Assembly: GCA_009693505.1 (NCBI GenBank)
Contig: SHXD01000010.1
Span: forward strand, 670-64,669
Length of the DNA: 64,000 nt
Direction of reading: 5' to 3'
DNA from: Limnohabitans sp.
Lineage (GTDB): Bacteria; Pseudomonadota; Gammaproteobacteria; Burkholderiales; Burkholderiaceae_C
Below the pieces are notes generated by a model, which was not told the origin of the DNA, made no database searches, and saw only the letters and a program-made list of their open reading frames with translations. Each line of letters opens with the position of its first letter. Positions within the stretch are counted from its first letter, which is position 1. Position numbers and translations under genes: made by a program. Positions 1 to 11,148 of the stretch are shown here, piece by piece.

Positions 1-1375
1 CTTCACTGAAAATAGCTTGCAACAAACCTGGGTGACTCAAAACACCTGGGGTCTGTGTGGCTTGGCGCGCCACTTGATTGGCCTTTTGGATGTTGAGTTT
101 GAGTTTGTCTGCCACTGGCTTCAAGCTGTCAGATTGCTCGTACACCGTGTTGGAAAATGTTTCTGCCAACTCGGCATATTTGCGCTGGGCTTGCTGCTTC
201 TTTAAGTCTGCCTCCATAGAGGGGCGCAGGGACTCAAAGCTTTGGGCTTTGGCGGCCTTGATGTCAGTGAGTTGAATGATGTGGTAACCGAATTCAGACT
301 CGACCAAGTCGCTGATATCTGACTTTTTCAGGCTGAATGCCGAATCTTCAAAGGCTTTCACCATGGCTCCACGACCGAAGAAGTCTAAATCACCCCCTTT
401 GACAGCAGAGCCAGGGTCTTGAGAGTTTTTGCGAGCAACATCGGCAAAGCTTGCAGGCTTGGCTTTGACCAATTTCAACAGCTCCTCAGCCTTGGCGCGT
501 GCTATTTTTTTCTCAGCTTCAGGCGAATCCTTGGCTGCGGTGATCAAAATATGGCTGGCACGACGCTCTTCTTTGCTGGACAAACGCTGCAAGTTTTGCT
601 CGTAATAAGACTTCAAGTCTTGTTCGTTCAAAGTAATCGATTGACGCAGGCTTTCAATGTCGAGAACAATGTACTCAATGTCAGCTGACTGGGAAGATTG
701 GTATTTGTCTTTGTTTTTATCGTAATAAGCCTGCAAATCAGCATCAGAGACCGTGATTTTGCCGAGGTAATCAGCAGCTGGGAAATTCAAAATTTGAACT
801 TCGCGGCGCTGCATGAAAGCGTTCATGGCCGTTTGCGTCTGCGCAGAAGTGGCGTAAGCAGATGCTTGAACACCTTGAATGACTTGGCGATTGGACAAAT
901 CTGCACGAACTTGCATTTCAAACATTTCTGGCGTCATGCCCTGTGAGGCTGCGAGCTGTTTGTAACGCTCCATGTCAAGCTTGCCATCAGCCGTGCGCAA
1001 TGCCGCAATGGCAGGACTTTGCTGTAACTCGCGCGCCAAACGTGTGTCGCTGGCCACCAACTGCAATTTTTGAGCCGCTGCAGAAATGACCTGGTCACGA
1101 ACCAAACGCTCTAGCGTGGCGTACTTGGCTTCTGTAGTGTCAAACAACTTGGCATCAATATTGGGCATGGACGCCCGAATTCGATCAACTTCGCGCTTGT
1201 GTGCGGCGTCCCAATCCGTTTGGTTGATTTTGTTGCCGTTGACTTTGGCAACCACGGCACCCTTGTCGTTGAAACGACTGTAGCCTTCAAGACCAAACAA
1301 AACGAAGGAGGGAATGATGAGCAGGAACAATATGCCCATCATGATCTTGGTGTTGTTTCGGACAAAATCAAACAT
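1..1375 (-). CDS. ppiD: PpiD/SurA-N-domain periplasmic peptidyl-prolyl isomerase/chaperone (3' end runs off window)
   Basis: Manual translation from ATG at 1375: MFDFVRNNTKIMMGILFLLIIPSFVLFGLEGYSRF (N-terminal anchor); rotamase motifs GGDLDFFGRGAMVKAFEDSAF and VESEFGYHII near the window start; follows hupB-tRNA. Confidence 0.9.
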   Translation of the reverse strand, partial: MFDFVRNNTKIMMGILFLLIIPSFVLFGLEGYSRFNDKGAVVAKVNGNKINQTDWDAAHKREVDRIRASMPNIDAKLFDTTEAKYATLERLVRDQVISAAAQKLQLVASDTRLARELQQSPAIAALRTADGKLDMERYKQLAASQGMTPEMFEMQVRADLSNRQVIQGVQASAYATSAQTQTAMNAFMQRREVQILNFPAADYLGKITVSDADLQAYYDKNKDKYQSSQSADIEYIVLDIESLRQSITLNEQDLKSYYEQNLQRLSSKEERRASHILITAAKDSPEAEKKIARAKAEELLKLVKAKPASFADVARKNSQDPGSAVKGGDLDFFGRGAMVKAFEDSAFSLKKSDISDLVESEFGYHIIQLTDIKAAKAQSFESLRPSMEADLKKQQAQRKYAELAETFSNTVYEQSDSLKPVADKLKLNIQKANQVARQATQTPGVLSHPGLLQAIFSE

Positions 1376-1412
1376 GTGAGAACTCTCTGTCTATTGACGC
1401 TGTAAATGTCAC

Positions 1413-1450
1413 AAAAAGACAAAAGGCGAACAACCTGTTCGCCTCTGTTT
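1413..1450 (-). terminator. Intrinsic terminator-like hairpin after tRNA-Val
   Basis: AGGCGAACA-ACC-TGTTCGCCT stem followed by a T-rich tract on the minus strand. Confidence 0.6.
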
Positions 1451-1455
1451 GGGGG

Positions 1456-1531
1456 TGGTGGGTGCTGACGGGGTCGAACCGCCGACCTACGCCTTGTAAG
1501 GGCGCCGCTCTACCGACTGAGCTAAGCACCC
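1456..1531 (-). tRNA. tRNA-Val(TAC)
   Basis: Reverse complement GGGTGCTTAGCTCAGTCGGTAGAGCGGCGCCCTTACAAGGCGTAGGTCGGCGGTTCGACCCCGTCAGCACCCACCA; cloverleaf, CCA end. Confidence 0.97.
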
Positions 1532-1544
1532 CCCTAATCAAAGA

Positions 1545-1817
1545 TTAATTCAAGGCGTCTTTTAAAGCCTTGCCTGGACGGAACTTAGGCACCTTGGCAG
1601 ATTTGATTTTGATGGCAGCACCTGTACGTGGATTGCGACCAGCACGAGCAGCACGTTTGGTGACGGCGAATGTACCGAAACCAACCAAAGCGACAGTGCC
1701 GCCTTTTTTCAATGTAGTGCGAACGGCGCCAATGGTGGCTTCCAATGCACGACCAGCAGCAGCTTTAGAAATGTCTGCTTGTTTGGCAATGTGCTCGATC
1801 AATTCAGTCTTGTTCAT
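1545..1817 (-). CDS. hupB: Nucleoid-associated protein HU
   Basis: [11 protein letters not shown]...[21 protein letters not shown]...[14 protein letters not shown], 90 aa from ATG 1817. Confidence 0.97.
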   Translation of the reverse strand: MNKTELIEHIAKQADISKAAAGRALEATIGAVRTTLKKGGTVALVGFGTFAVTKRAARAGRNPRTGAAIKIKSAKVPKFRPGKALKDALN

Positions 1818-2088
1818 ACAAAGAACCTTAGAAAAAATAAGAGCACTCAATTTTTGAGTGACTCATGATTATTAAAATTTTTTTGAAGTTTCAAAAAAAC
1901 ATTTCGGAACAAAACATTGTCTCCACAATGATTTTGCAGACCTCAATTTAAACAGACAAAACGAGTCTGTCAAATGTTTTTGTGCCTAGGAGCCGCAATG
2001 CGACTCGAATTCTAGACGCAAACTGAATGTCTGCAAGGGGCTTCGCGAAAAAAAATTTGAAGATCCAACAACTAGATCCCAAAAGTTC

Positions 2089-3174
2089 TCATAAAGCTGC
2101 AGCAATGGCTTTTCCAACGTCTTGCGTATTAGCAGAACCCCCAATGTCTGCGGTACGTGGCGCACCACTATTGGGTGCTAATACTTTTTCAATTGCAGCC
2201 ATTACGGCATCGTGAGCGGGCTTGCAACCCAAAAATTCCAACATCATGGCACCGCACCAAATTTGACCGATGGGGTTTGCAATGTTTTTTCCTGCGATGT
2301 CTGGTGCAGAGCCATGAACGGGTTCAAACAAAGAGGGGTATTTGCGATCGGGATTGAGGTTGGCACTGGGTGCAATGCCAATCGTACCTGTGCAAGCTGG
2401 GCCCAAGTCGCTCAAAATGTCACCAAACAAATTGCTGGCCACCACCACATCAAAAAAGTCGGGGCGTTGCACAAAGTGCGCAGTCAAAATATCGATGTGA
2501 AACTTGTCAACACGGATACCCGGGTAGTTCTTGGCCATTTCTACGACTCGCTCATCCCAATAAGGCATGGTGATGGCAATGCCGTTGGATTTGGTGGCGC
2601 TGGTGAGATGCTTCTTAGGGCGAGTCTGCGCAAGTTCAAAGGCGAATTTCAAGACGCGATCGACACCAATGCGCGACATGACCGTTTCTTGCATCACAAT
2701 TTCACGCTCGGTGCCAGGGTACATACGCCCGCCAATGCTGGAGTACTCACCCTCGGTGTTTTCGCGCACGATGTACATGTCAATTTCACCGGGCTGTCTG
2801 GGCGAGCCATCTCTTCGCACCACGGGTGCAATGATGCCCGGCATGAGTCTGGCCGGACGCAAGTTGATGTACTGATCAAACTCACGGCGGAACAAAAGCA
2901 AAGAGCCCCACAAAGACACATGATCGGCAATTTTGTCTGGCCAACCCACAGCACCAAAGTAGATGGCATCGTGGCCACCGATTTGGTCTTTCCAATTGTC
3001 GGGCAGCATTTGGCCATGCTTTTCAAAGTAGTCCCAACTTGAAAAGTCGAAATGATCAAATTGCAAATCGAGATTGAATTTTGAAGCCGCTGCCGCCATG
3101 ACCCTGAGGCCCTCGGGCATGACTTCTTTGCCAATACCATCTCCAGCAATGACTGCAATGCGTTTTTTTGTCAT
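2089..3174 (-). CDS. dmlA: Tartrate dehydrogenase / D-malate dehydrogenase (decarboxylating)
   Basis: IAGDGIGKEV, VRENTEGEYS, SNLFGDILSDL, FEPVHGSAPDIAG; TKSNGIAITMPYWD is typical of the TtuC/DmlA subfamily. Confidence 0.85.
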   Translation of the reverse strand: MTKKRIAVIAGDGIGKEVMPEGLRVMAAAASKFNLDLQFDHFDFSSWDYFEKHGQMLPDNWKDQIGGHDAIYFGAVGWPDKIADHVSLWGSLLLFRREFDQYINLRPARLMPGIIAPVVRRDGSPRQPGEIDMYIVRENTEGEYSSIGGRMYPGTEREIVMQETVMSRIGVDRVLKFAFELAQTRPKKHLTSATKSNGIAITMPYWDERVVEMAKNYPGIRVDKFHIDILTAHFVQRPDFFDVVVASNLFGDILSDLGPACTGTIGIAPSANLNPDRKYPSLFEPVHGSAPDIAGKNIANPIGQIWCGAMMLEFLGCKPAHDAVMAAIEKVLAPNSGAPRTADIGGSANTQDVGKAIAAAL

Positions 3175-3191
3175 GTTTTTTCTCCTAAGAT

Positions 3192-4094
3192 TTATTGAGC
3201 GGGCCTTACAACCCAACTTACGCCCCAAGCCGTGAGTGCAATACCGACCAGTGTGAAAGCAGTGATAGGTTCATCGAATAAGAACCACGCCACCAAAGCC
3301 GTACAGGGCGGCACAAGGTACATCAAGCTGGTCACACTGGCAGCAGCGCCCTTCTGAATGAGAATGTACAAAAGTGAACTGCCCCCTAAGGTCAATCCTA
3401 ATACAGACCATGCCATGGCGCCAATGAACTCGGCGTTGAATTGCACGGATTCAGTTTCTAACAGCGCCAAGGGCGTTGTAACAAGCAATGCCGCAAGCAA
3501 TTGAACGGTATTGGCCGTTCGAACGTCACATGGCTTGACGAAGCTTTTTTGGTAAAGCGTCCCCAAGGTAATGGAGAGCAGCGCCATGATGGCAAAACTC
3601 AAATTGAGTGCATTGACATGGTCCAAAGCGCTGCCCTGCGTGAGTTTGTGCCAGACCACCAAAAGCAGTCCACAAAAACCCAACAACAAACCGATCCACT
3701 GGCGGCGGCTCACCTTGTTTTCTAAAGTGGTATCTCTGGACGACAGCCAAATGGCGGTCAGCACGGGTTGCAGTCCCACAATGAGAGCCGACAAACCAGA
3801 CCCCATGCCCGCCTTCACCGCAGCCCAAACGCCGCCCAGGTAGCCTGCATGCATGAGAACGCCAGTGACTGACAAGTGAAACCATTCCGATCGACTTTGC
3901 GGCCATTTCACCTTAGCCACCCTGATCCAAATGACAAAGCAAGCAATGGACAGGGCGTAGCGAAGCCCTAAAAAGGAAAACGGGGGTGCATTGGGCATGC
4001 CAAAACGTGCAACGATGAAGCCCGTGCTCCAAATAAGCACGAAGACCGCAGGCATGGCCCGAACCCAGGCGTCGGAAGACTCTGAGTGATTCAT
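3192..4094 (-). CDS. DMT/EamA family transporter
   Basis: About 10 hydrophobic helices; WSTGFIVAR and LMYLVPP motifs. Confidence 0.85.
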   Translation of the reverse strand: MNHSESSDAWVRAMPAVFVLIWSTGFIVARFGMPNAPPFSFLGLRYALSIACFVIWIRVAKVKWPQSRSEWFHLSVTGVLMHAGYLGGVWAAVKAGMGSGLSALIVGLQPVLTAIWLSSRDTTLENKVSRRQWIGLLLGFCGLLLVVWHKLTQGSALDHVNALNLSFAIMALLSITLGTLYQKSFVKPCDVRTANTVQLLAALLVTTPLALLETESVQFNAEFIGAMAWSVLGLTLGGSSLLYILIQKGAAASVTSLMYLVPPCTALVAWFLFDEPITAFTLVGIALTAWGVSWVVRPAQ

Positions 4095-4666
4095 TTCACT
4101 CGCGCACGAATCTCAGGGAGGGCCTTTTGCATGTAGTAAATCATAGACCAAATGGTCAGAATGGAGGCAATCCAGATCAGGCCAGTGCCCCACAAGTGCG
4201 TGTCAATCACGCCGAACAATTGACCATTGAAAAGTAAAAACGGAATGGCCACCATCTGCACCGTGGTCTTTAGCTTGCCGACGAAATGAACCGCAACACT
4301 TTTGCTCGCACCAATTTGCGCCATCCACTCACGCAAGGCCGTTATGGCAATTTCACGCCCAATGATGATCAATGCCACAAAAACATGAACGCGATGCAAG
4401 TGAACCAGTACCAACAAGGAGGCACAGACCAAAAACTTGTCTGCCACAGGGTCTAAAAATGCGCCAAATGAAGAGGTTTGGTTGAGCTTTCGGGCCAAAA
4501 AACCATCGAGCCAGTCTGTGGTTGCAAAAATCACAAACATGGAGGTGGCCAAAAAGTTGCGTGATTCAACGGGCAACTCAGTGTAGAACACCCCCACAAT
4601 GAAGGGAATCGCGACGATGCGCGTCCAAGTCATGAGGTTGGGGATGGTGAAAAACATGGTAAACAT
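4091..4666 (-). CDS. pgsA: CDP-diacylglycerol--glycerol-3-phosphate 3-phosphatidyltransferase
   Basis: IPNLMTWTRI and DWLDGFLARKLNQTSSFGAFLDPVADK (CDP-alcohol phosphotransferase motif); downstream of uvrC. Start 4666 or 4657. Confidence 0.95.
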   Translation of the reverse strand: MFTMFFTIPNLMTWTRIVAIPFIVGVFYTELPVESRNFLATSMFVIFATTDWLDGFLARKLNQTSSFGAFLDPVADKFLVCASLLVLVHLHRVHVFVALIIIGREIAITALREWMAQIGASKSVAVHFVGKLKTTVQMVAIPFLLFNGQLFGVIDTHLWGTGLIWIASILTIWSMIYYMQKALPEIRARVK

Positions 4667-4711
4667 TGTGTCACGCATTGAAGTCAGTTTGCTGACACCA
4701 AGGCGCAATTC

Positions 4712-6682
4712 TCAGTGAAGGGCCTGGTAAATGCTTTCTGCCAATTCCTTGGATATGCCATCCACCGACATCAGATCGTCAACACTGGCGTCTTCTACGC
4801 CACGCACCCCCCCAAAGCGCTGCAACAGCTTGGCGCGTTTTTTGGGGCCAATGCCCCCAATTTCCTCTAAACGCCCACCTCCCATTCGAACTTTGGCGCG
4901 TTGTGCACGCATTCCCGTGATGGCAAATCGGTGCGCTTCGTCTCTTACTTGAGCGACCAACATCAAGGCCGCTGAATCTTTGCCCAGATAAACCTTGTCT
5001 CGACCATCGGCAAAGACAAGCTCTTCGAGGCCCACTTTTCGGCCCTCCCCTTTTTCGACGCCCACAATCAAGGACAGATCGAGGCCCAAAGCTTCGAAGG
5101 CTTCTCGGGCCATCGATACCTGTCCCTTGCCACCATCAATGAGCACCAAGTCTGGCATGCGCACCTTGCGATCTGCCTCGCCAGATTTGATGGCCTCGGC
5201 CAACTTGCCATATCGCCGCATCAAGACCTGCCGCATGGCCGCGTAATCGTCACCGGGTGTGATGCCTTCAATTTTGTAGCGTCGATATTCGCTATTTTGC
5301 ATTTTGTGATTTTGAAAAACCACACAAGAAGCTTGCGTCGCTTCGCCAGATGTATGAGAAATGTCAAAGCATTCCATGCGCAAGGCGTCCATGTCATCCG
5401 GCGCTAAATCGAGCGCTTCAACCAAGGCTCTGGTTCGCGCTTGTTGCGAGCCCTCTTCCGCCAACAAACGGGCCAGTTGGATGGCCGCATTTTTCTCAGC
5501 CATCTCCAACCATGATCTTCTTTGCTCGCGAGGGTTGTGCACGGCGTTGACTTTCATGCCAGACTGAAAGGCGATGGCATCAAGCACCTTGGCATCTATT
5601 TTCTCGCTGGTGATCAATGTTGTCGGCACCGGAATGCTCAAGTAATGCTGGGCAATGAAGGCCTCCAAAACTTTCACCTCTAAAGTTTGTGCAATCGCGC
5701 TGACATCATCTTCCAAAGCGAGGTTGAGCATGGCGTGTCCATCTTCCACATGCGAGGGAAAATAAGGCCGATCGCCCAAATGTCGGCCCCCTCGAACCAT
5801 GGCCAAATTGACACACGCCCTGCCGCCCTGCACCTTGACGGCCAAAATATCGACGTCGGTGTCTGATACGTTATCAACCGATTGCTGATGCAGCACGCGC
5901 GACAAAGCCGTCATCTGATTGCGAACTTCTGCCGCCATCTCAAACTCAAGCTTGTCGGCATGCGCCATCATGCGTTCTTCCATGGCCTTTAAGACGGCCT
6001 GCGTCTCTCCCTGCAAGAAAGCTTCTGCTTGCGCCACATCTTGCGCATACTGGACCACTGACACCACACCCACACAAGGGCCCGAACAACGCTTGATTTG
6101 GTAAAGCAAACAAGGTCGAGTTCGGTTTGAAAAAACAGTGTCTTCACAAGTGCGCAGTCTGAAAACTTTTTGCAGCAGTTGAATCGTTTCCTTTACGGCC
6201 CATGCACTGGGGTAAGGCCCAAAGTAACGGTGTTTTTTTTCAACACCCCCGCGGTAGTAGGCAATCCTTGAATAGTCTTCTGCTTTGACAACTGGCTTGT
6301 CTTCGCATGCTGTATCGGAAGTCGGCTTGTTGCGGCGGGTAACACCGGTGCCTGATACTTTGAGGTAGGGATAGCTTTTGTCGTCTCGAAACAAAATATT
6401 GAACTTAGGGCTCAATGTTTTGATCAAATTATTTTCAAGCAGCAAGGCTTCAGCTTCTGAACGCACCACGGTGGTTTGCATGCGCCGGATCTTGCTAATC
6501 ATGTGCCCAATGCGGGTACCACCATGGTCTTTTTGAAAATAACTGCTGACACGCTTTTTTAAATTCCTGGCCTTGCCAACGTACAAAACCTGATCTTCCG
6601 CATCGAAATAGCGATAAACCCCGGGCAAGCTGGGAAGTGCGGCCACGTCGGCCAACAAAGAATCTGGGTGAACACTGGACAT
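4712..6682 (-). CDS. uvrC: Excinuclease ABC subunit C
   Basis: GIY-YIG N-terminus (PGVYRYFD...[17 protein letters not shown]), ECFDISH, DGGKGQ, C-terminal HhH motifs. Confidence 0.97.
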   Translation of the reverse strand: MSSVHPDSLLADVAALPSLPGVYRYFDAEDQVLYVGKARNLKKRVSSYFQKDHGGTRIGHMISKIRRMQTTVVRSEAEALLLENNLIKTLSPKFNILFRDDKSYPYLKVSGTGVTRRNKPTSDTACEDKPVVKAEDYSRIAYYRGGVEKKHRYFGPYPSAWAVKETIQLLQKVFRLRTCEDTVFSNRTRPCLLYQIKRCSGPCVGVVSVVQYAQDVAQAEAFLQGETQAVLKAMEERMMAHADKLEFEMAAEVRNQMTALSRVLHQQSVDNVSDTDVDILAVKVQGGRACVNLAMVRGGRHLGDRPYFPSHVEDGHAMLNLALEDDVSAIAQTLEVKVLEAFIAQHYLSIPVPTTLITSEKIDAKVLDAIAFQSGMKVNAVHNPREQRRSWLEMAEKNAAIQLARLLAEEGSQQARTRALVEALDLAPDDMDALRMECFDISHTSGEATQASCVVFQNHKMQNSEYRRYKIEGITPGDDYAAMRQVLMRRYGKLAEAIKSGEADRKVRMPDLVLIDGGKGQVSMAREAFEALGLDLSLIVGVEKGEGRKVGLEELVFADGRDKVYLGKDSAALMLVAQVRDEAHRFAITGMRAQRAKVRMGGGRLEEIGGIGPKKRAKLLQRFGGVRGVEDASVDDLMSVDGISKELAESIYQALH

Positions 6683-6721
6683 GAGGGCTATTGTGTCTCG
6701 AAGCGAGCGACAATATCACGC

Positions 6722-7822
6722 ATGCATTGGGACATTTTTTGCCGCGTCATCGACAACCACGGAGATTTGGGGGTCTGTTGGCGCCTGAGTGCCGATTTGG
6801 CCTCGCGCGGTCACCGCGTCAGGCTTTGGGTAGACGATGCCACTTCACTTGCCTGGATGGCGCCCGATGCGAAGCCCAACGCCGAGGGTCGAGCCCAGTT
6901 CAACACGACAACTGGAACTGTGGTCGTGCGGTCTTGGCATGACGCCCTCGATGGCATTGACCAGCCTTCCAACGTATGGGTAGCAGCCTTTGGCTGCGAA
7001 CTACCAGAGCACTTTGTCAATTGGGCGCATCAAAGACAACCCAATGCGCACAGTCCTTCATGTCCCGTCTGGCTTAATTTGGAATACCTCAGCGCAGAGA
7101 CTTATGTGGAAAGAAGCCACAAACTGCCCTCGCCCGTGATGAGCGGCCTGCTGAAAGGCCGAACCAAATGGTTTTTTTATCCAGGCTTCAATGACAAAAC
7201 AGGTGGCTTGATTCGAGAGGCAAGGGTTCTCGAAAAATTGAATGCCACTGCAACACCAGAGTTCGATCAATTTGGCAGCAAGCCCCTCCCTCAAAAAAGC
7301 ACTCTTTTTTGTTACGAGCCAACAGCCTTGGCAGAGGCTATTCAATTGGCTTCGTTGAATTCGACTGGACACCAATGGCAGGTGGCACATGGCCGAGGTG
7401 CTTTGGCCTTCGAGCAGGCATTGCGCAGTTTGCCAAGCCATGTTGATCAGCCTTCACATCAGTTCATTCCGCCTCTTTCTCAAACAAAATTTGACCAGCT
7501 TTTAAAATCAAGTGACTTGAATTTTGTCAGGGGCGAAGACTCTTTGGTCAGAGCGCTATGGGCTGGCAAGGCCTTTGTTTGGCAAATTTACCCCCAAGAT
7601 GATGGCGCTCACGGCCCCAAATTGAATGCTTTTTTAGACTGGCTCCATGCGCCAGACAGCCTACGCCGTTTTCACCTTGGCTGGAATGGACTTTCTCAAG
7701 AACCATTGCCTGAGGTGGACCTGCCAGCTTGGCAAGCTTGCGCAATGGCGGCTCAAGCGCGTTTGGTGCAACAAATGGATTTGGTCAGCCAATTGCTTCA
7801 ATTCGTCGCAGAAAAGCGCTAA
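6722..7822 (+). CDS. earP: EF-P arginine rhamnosyltransferase
   Basis: WDIFCRVIDNHGDLGVCWRL, NLEYLSAE, FFYPGF..GGL, NFVRGEDS, WQIYPQ; directly upstream of efp. Confidence 0.95.
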   Translation: MHWDIFCRVIDNHGDLGVCWRLSADLASRGHRVRLWVDDATSLAWMAPDAKPNAEGRAQFNTTTGTVVVRSWHDALDGIDQPSNVWVAAFGCELPEHFVNWAHQRQPNAHSPSCPVWLNLEYLSAETYVERSHKLPSPVMSGLLKGRTKWFFYPGFNDKTGGLIREARVLEKLNATATPEFDQFGSKPLPQKSTLFCYEPTALAEAIQLASLNSTGHQWQVAHGRGALAFEQALRSLPSHVDQPSHQFIPPLSQTKFDQLLKSSDLNFVRGEDSLVRALWAGKAFVWQIYPQDDGAHGPKLNAFLDWLHAPDSLRRFHLGWNGLSQEPLPEVDLPAWQACAMAAQARLVQQMDLVSQLLQFVAEKR

Positions 7823-7952
7823 GATCATGGGCTTTGGGCTAATTGGATCTTGCGCCCTTCACTTAAATGGTCCGGCAGGGGTTCGCCTTGAAGGATCGCC
7901 CCCAGAGGATTAACCCCAAAGATTTATTCCTTGGAACAACATTGGACAGATT

Positions 7953-8507
7953 ATGAAAGTAGCTCAAGAAATTCGCGTCGGCAACGTCATCATGCAGGGC
8001 AAAGACCCCATGATCGTTTTGCGCACTGAGTACAGCCGTGGCGGCCGTGGTGCTGCCACTGTGCGCATGAAGCTCAAAGCCTTGCTAAGCAACATGGGCA
8101 CCGAGTCTGTCTTCAAAGCTGACGACAAAATGGACCAAGTCATCTTGGACCAAAAAGAGTGCACATACTCTTACTTTGCTGACCCCATGTATGTTTTCAT
8201 GGACACTGAATTCAACCAATACGAAGTTGAATCAGAAAACATGGGCGACGCCCTGCACTACCTCGAAGACGGCATGTCCGTTGAAGTGGTGTTCTACGAC
8301 GGAAAGGCCATTTCTGTTGAGCTGCCCACCAGCGTTGAACGCGAAATCACTTGGACCGAGCCAGCCGTTAAAGGCGACACCTCTGGCAAAGTGCTCAAGC
8401 CCGCCAAAATTGCCACCGGCTTTGAAGTGCCTGTGCCTTTGTTTGTGAACCAAGGCGATAAAATTGAAATTGACACACGCACAGGCGAATACCGCAAGCG
8501 CGTTTGA
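7953..8507 (+). CDS. efp: Elongation factor P (Arg32 type)
   Basis: YSRGGR32GAATVRMK loop; [11 protein letters not shown] and IDTRTGEY motifs. Confidence 0.97.
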   Translation: MKVAQEIRVGNVIMQGKDPMIVLRTEYSRGGRGAATVRMKLKALLSNMGTESVFKADDKMDQVILDQKECTYSYFADPMYVFMDTEFNQYEVESENMGDALHYLEDGMSVEVVFYDGKAISVELPTSVEREITWTEPAVKGDTSGKVLKPAKIATGFEVPVPLFVNQGDKIEIDTRTGEYRKRV

Positions 8508-8541
8508 TCAACTTGTTTCAGTGGCCTCGGCTGCTGCGCAC

Positions 8542-8569
8542 AAAGACCTCCTAGGAGGTCTTTTTTTTT
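8542..8569. terminator. Terminator between convergent efp and MFS gene
   Basis: AAAGACCTC-CTAG-GAGGTCTTT followed by a T-run. Confidence 0.8.
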
Positions 8570-9752
8570 AAGAGGCAGCAGGCATCTTTACTTTGGGTCG
8601 CAAGCGCCAAGCTTGTGGCGCGCCGCTAGCAACAGCAGAGCCCACCACCCAAAATACCACCGAGACGCCCACCAGAGCACCGGCCGCGCCAAAAATCAGA
8701 GGCATCACCACGCTGGAGGCATTCACCGTCATGATGCGCAAGCCTAGGGCCTCGCCTTGACGATGGGCGGGCGTAATTTGGTGCAAGGTACTCATCACCA
8801 TGGGCTGCACCACGCCCAAAACCACGCCCAAACAAACCGAACAAATACCCATGGCCAGTGCCGAGTCAAACAAGGGGTAAACAGCAAAGATGAGGCCTGC
8901 GCAAATCATGGCGCCGGTCAGCAATCGGTATTCTTGAAGGTGCCGCGCTATCCAAGGCAAGATCACACGGATCATGGCCGAAGCCACAGCGAATGAGCCC
9001 AAAATGGTGCCCACCACCGAGGCACTGAAACCTCTCTCATGGCCCAAGACGGGCACCACAAAAGTATGCACGTCCCAACAAGATGACAGCAACCAATTGA
9101 CAAACAGCAACCGCCGCATGAGCGGCTCATGCAGCAAATCCCAGACTCGGGCATTGGCATGTTCTGGAAGTTGCGGCTCGATGGGTTTTTCTTCAATGTT
9201 TCGAATCCATAACCATGCCAACAAAGGAAAAATGGTGAGCATCACAAAGGTGGCTCGAAAGCCATCGGCGTCGGCTGGCAAGGCGCCCGCGTAGTCAATC
9301 ATCAAACCCGCAAAAAATGGGCCCATGAAATTAGAGACAGCAGGTCCAATGGCCAACCAACTGAAGGTTTCTTTCAGCTGGTTGGCATCCGCAGAAATGC
9401 GGCCGACGTGCCTTTGCAAAGCAATGACCGTGATACCCGTTGCCCCTCCAGTGGCAAGGGCGCCTATGCAAAGAACAGGAAATATGGGCCAAATGACGGC
9501 CAGTCCTGCGCCCAAGCAAGCCATGACCACACCAATTTGAACGGGCCGCTTTAAACCATGCCGATCTGTGAATCGCCCCGCAGGAATGGCCATGAAAACT
9601 TGCGTGAGCGAGAACAGGGCCAGCAAAACACCCACGGCCATGGTGCTGTAGCCTTGTTGGAGTGCTAGCAGCGGTGTTGCCAAACGCATGCCTGTCATGC
9701 AGGCGTGTAAAAAAATCTGACCGGTGATCAGTTTGGCGAGTTCACGCTTCAC
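8568..9752 (-). CDS. MFS transporter
   Basis: About 12 TM helices; GRFTDRHGLK (MFS motif A). Confidence 0.85.
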   Translation of the reverse strand: MKRELAKLITGQIFLHACMTGMRLATPLLALQQGYSTMAVGVLLALFSLTQVFMAIPAGRFTDRHGLKRPVQIGVVMACLGAGLAVIWPIFPVLCIGALATGGATGITVIALQRHVGRISADANQLKETFSWLAIGPAVSNFMGPFFAGLMIDYAGALPADADGFRATFVMLTIFPLLAWLWIRNIEEKPIEPQLPEHANARVWDLLHEPLMRRLLFVNWLLSSCWDVHTFVVPVLGHERGFSASVVGTILGSFAVASAMIRVILPWIARHLQEYRLLTGAMICAGLIFAVYPLFDSALAMGICSVCLGVVLGVVQPMVMSTLHQITPAHRQGEALGLRIMTVNASSVVMPLIFGAAGALVGVSVVFWVVGSAVASGAPQAWRLRPKVKMPAAS

Positions 9753-11119
9753 GGGTTTTCGCCGTCACTGACATCGGCTTCGTGGGGCAATAAACCTGCC
9801 GCTTGGCCTTCAGGCACGGCTTCCACTTGGCGCAATGCACGGTGCATCACATTGCTTCGCGTTTGCGCTTTGTCCAGTGTGTTCAAGACTGTTTGAGTTT
9901 GTTCTTTGACTTTGGCCAACACGTCGCCAAACTTGCCAAACTCTGTTTTGACGGCACCCAAAACTTGCCAAACTTCGCTCGAACGTTTTTCGAGCGCCAA
10001 AGTTCGAAAGCCCATTTGCAAAGAGTTCAACATGGCCATGAGGGTTGTAGGACCCGCCAAAGTGACGCGGAAATCACGTTGTAAAGATTCAATTAGGCCA
10101 GGTCTTCGAAGCACTTCGGCGTACAAACCTTCAGTGGGCAAGAACATGATGGCAAAGTCTGTGGTGTAAGGCGGCTCCACATATTTCTCAGTCATGGATT
10201 TGGCTTCTAAACGAACCCGTGCCTCCAAAGCCTTGCTGCACAGATCTGCCTGAATCACATCGGCCCGCGACTGCGCATCGAGCAGGCGCTCGTAATCTTC
10301 ATTGGGAAACTTGGCATCGATGGGCAACCAAACGGGTTCGCCATCATCAGATCGACCTGGCAAGCGGATGGCAAAGTCCACACGGTTCTTGCTACCTGGC
10401 CGCGTGGCATGTTGCGTTGCATACTGATCAGGGGCCATCACTTGCTCTAGCAAGGAAGCCAACTGAGCTTCGCCAAACATGCCCCGCGTTTTGACGTTGG
10501 TGAGCAAATGCTTCAGGTCACCCACACCCTGCGCCAAGGTGTTCATTTCGCCAAGACCCTTGTGCACCTGCTCTAAACGGTCGGCCACTTGCTTGAAACT
10601 TTCGCCCAAGCGCGCTTGCAAGGTGGTCTGTAATTTTTCGTCGACTGTTTGGCGCATTTCATCAAGCTTGGCAGTGTTGCTTTGCTGGAGTTGGGCCAAT
10701 TGGGTTTCCAAAGTTCCGCGCATTTCAGTGAGGCGCCGTGCATTGGCTTCTGACAATTGCTGCACCTGCAAAGTGAGCGTGTCTGACAGCGTTTTTTGCA
10801 ACAAGGAAAGCTGCTGAGCAAACGCATCCATCTGGCTGTTTTGGGTGCGCGTGGCTTCTGCGCTTTGTTGAACCAAGCTTTGTTGGAAAGTGCCTAAAGT
10901 TTGAATGAGTTCTTGACGCCCGCCTCTGGCAGATTCGTTGATGGCGGTGCGAAGTTCTCGCTCCAATCTCTCATTGGCCAATTGGAGCGAGGACGTCAAT
11001 TGCCCTAACTCTTCAGAAGATGATTGGCCTTCACGCCGTTGACGCCACAACGCAAACAGCAAAACCAGCGTCAAAAAACTGAGCGCTATGAGAATCCAAA
11101 TTAGCATGCTGCTGTACAT
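9749..11119 (-). CDS. rmuC: DNA recombination protein RmuC
   Basis: N-terminal TM plus coiled coil; NVKTRGMFGE, IDAKFP, FAIMFLPTEGLY, GPTTL. Confidence 0.93.
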   Translation of the reverse strand: MYSSMLIWILIALSFLTLVLLFALWRQRREGQSSSEELGQLTSSLQLANERLERELRTAINESARGGRQELIQTLGTFQQSLVQQSAEATRTQNSQMDAFAQQLSLLQKTLSDTLTLQVQQLSEANARRLTEMRGTLETQLAQLQQSNTAKLDEMRQTVDEKLQTTLQARLGESFKQVADRLEQVHKGLGEMNTLAQGVGDLKHLLTNVKTRGMFGEAQLASLLEQVMAPDQYATQHATRPGSKNRVDFAIRLPGRSDDGEPVWLPIDAKFPNEDYERLLDAQSRADVIQADLCSKALEARVRLEAKSMTEKYVEPPYTTDFAIMFLPTEGLYAEVLRRPGLIESLQRDFRVTLAGPTTLMAMLNSLQMGFRTLALEKRSSEVWQVLGAVKTEFGKFGDVLAKVKEQTQTVLNTLDKAQTRSNVMHRALRQVEAVPEGQAAGLLPHEADVSDGENP

Positions 11120-11148
11120 GTGTGAAGGCCGTTTGCTTCAATGTTTCA

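Noticed and set aside
1851..1899. AT-rich palindromes upstream of hupB (T7GAA-GT-TTCA7; TGAGT-G-ACTCA)
   Set aside because: Low complexity; could be regulatory but I cannot assign them or exclude chance.
2212..3042. Long antisense ORFs (also 28403-29029, 33274-33924, 51698-52231, 52911-53468, 60079-60732)
   Set aside because: Shadow frames opposite well-supported housekeeping genes; no recognisable motifs.
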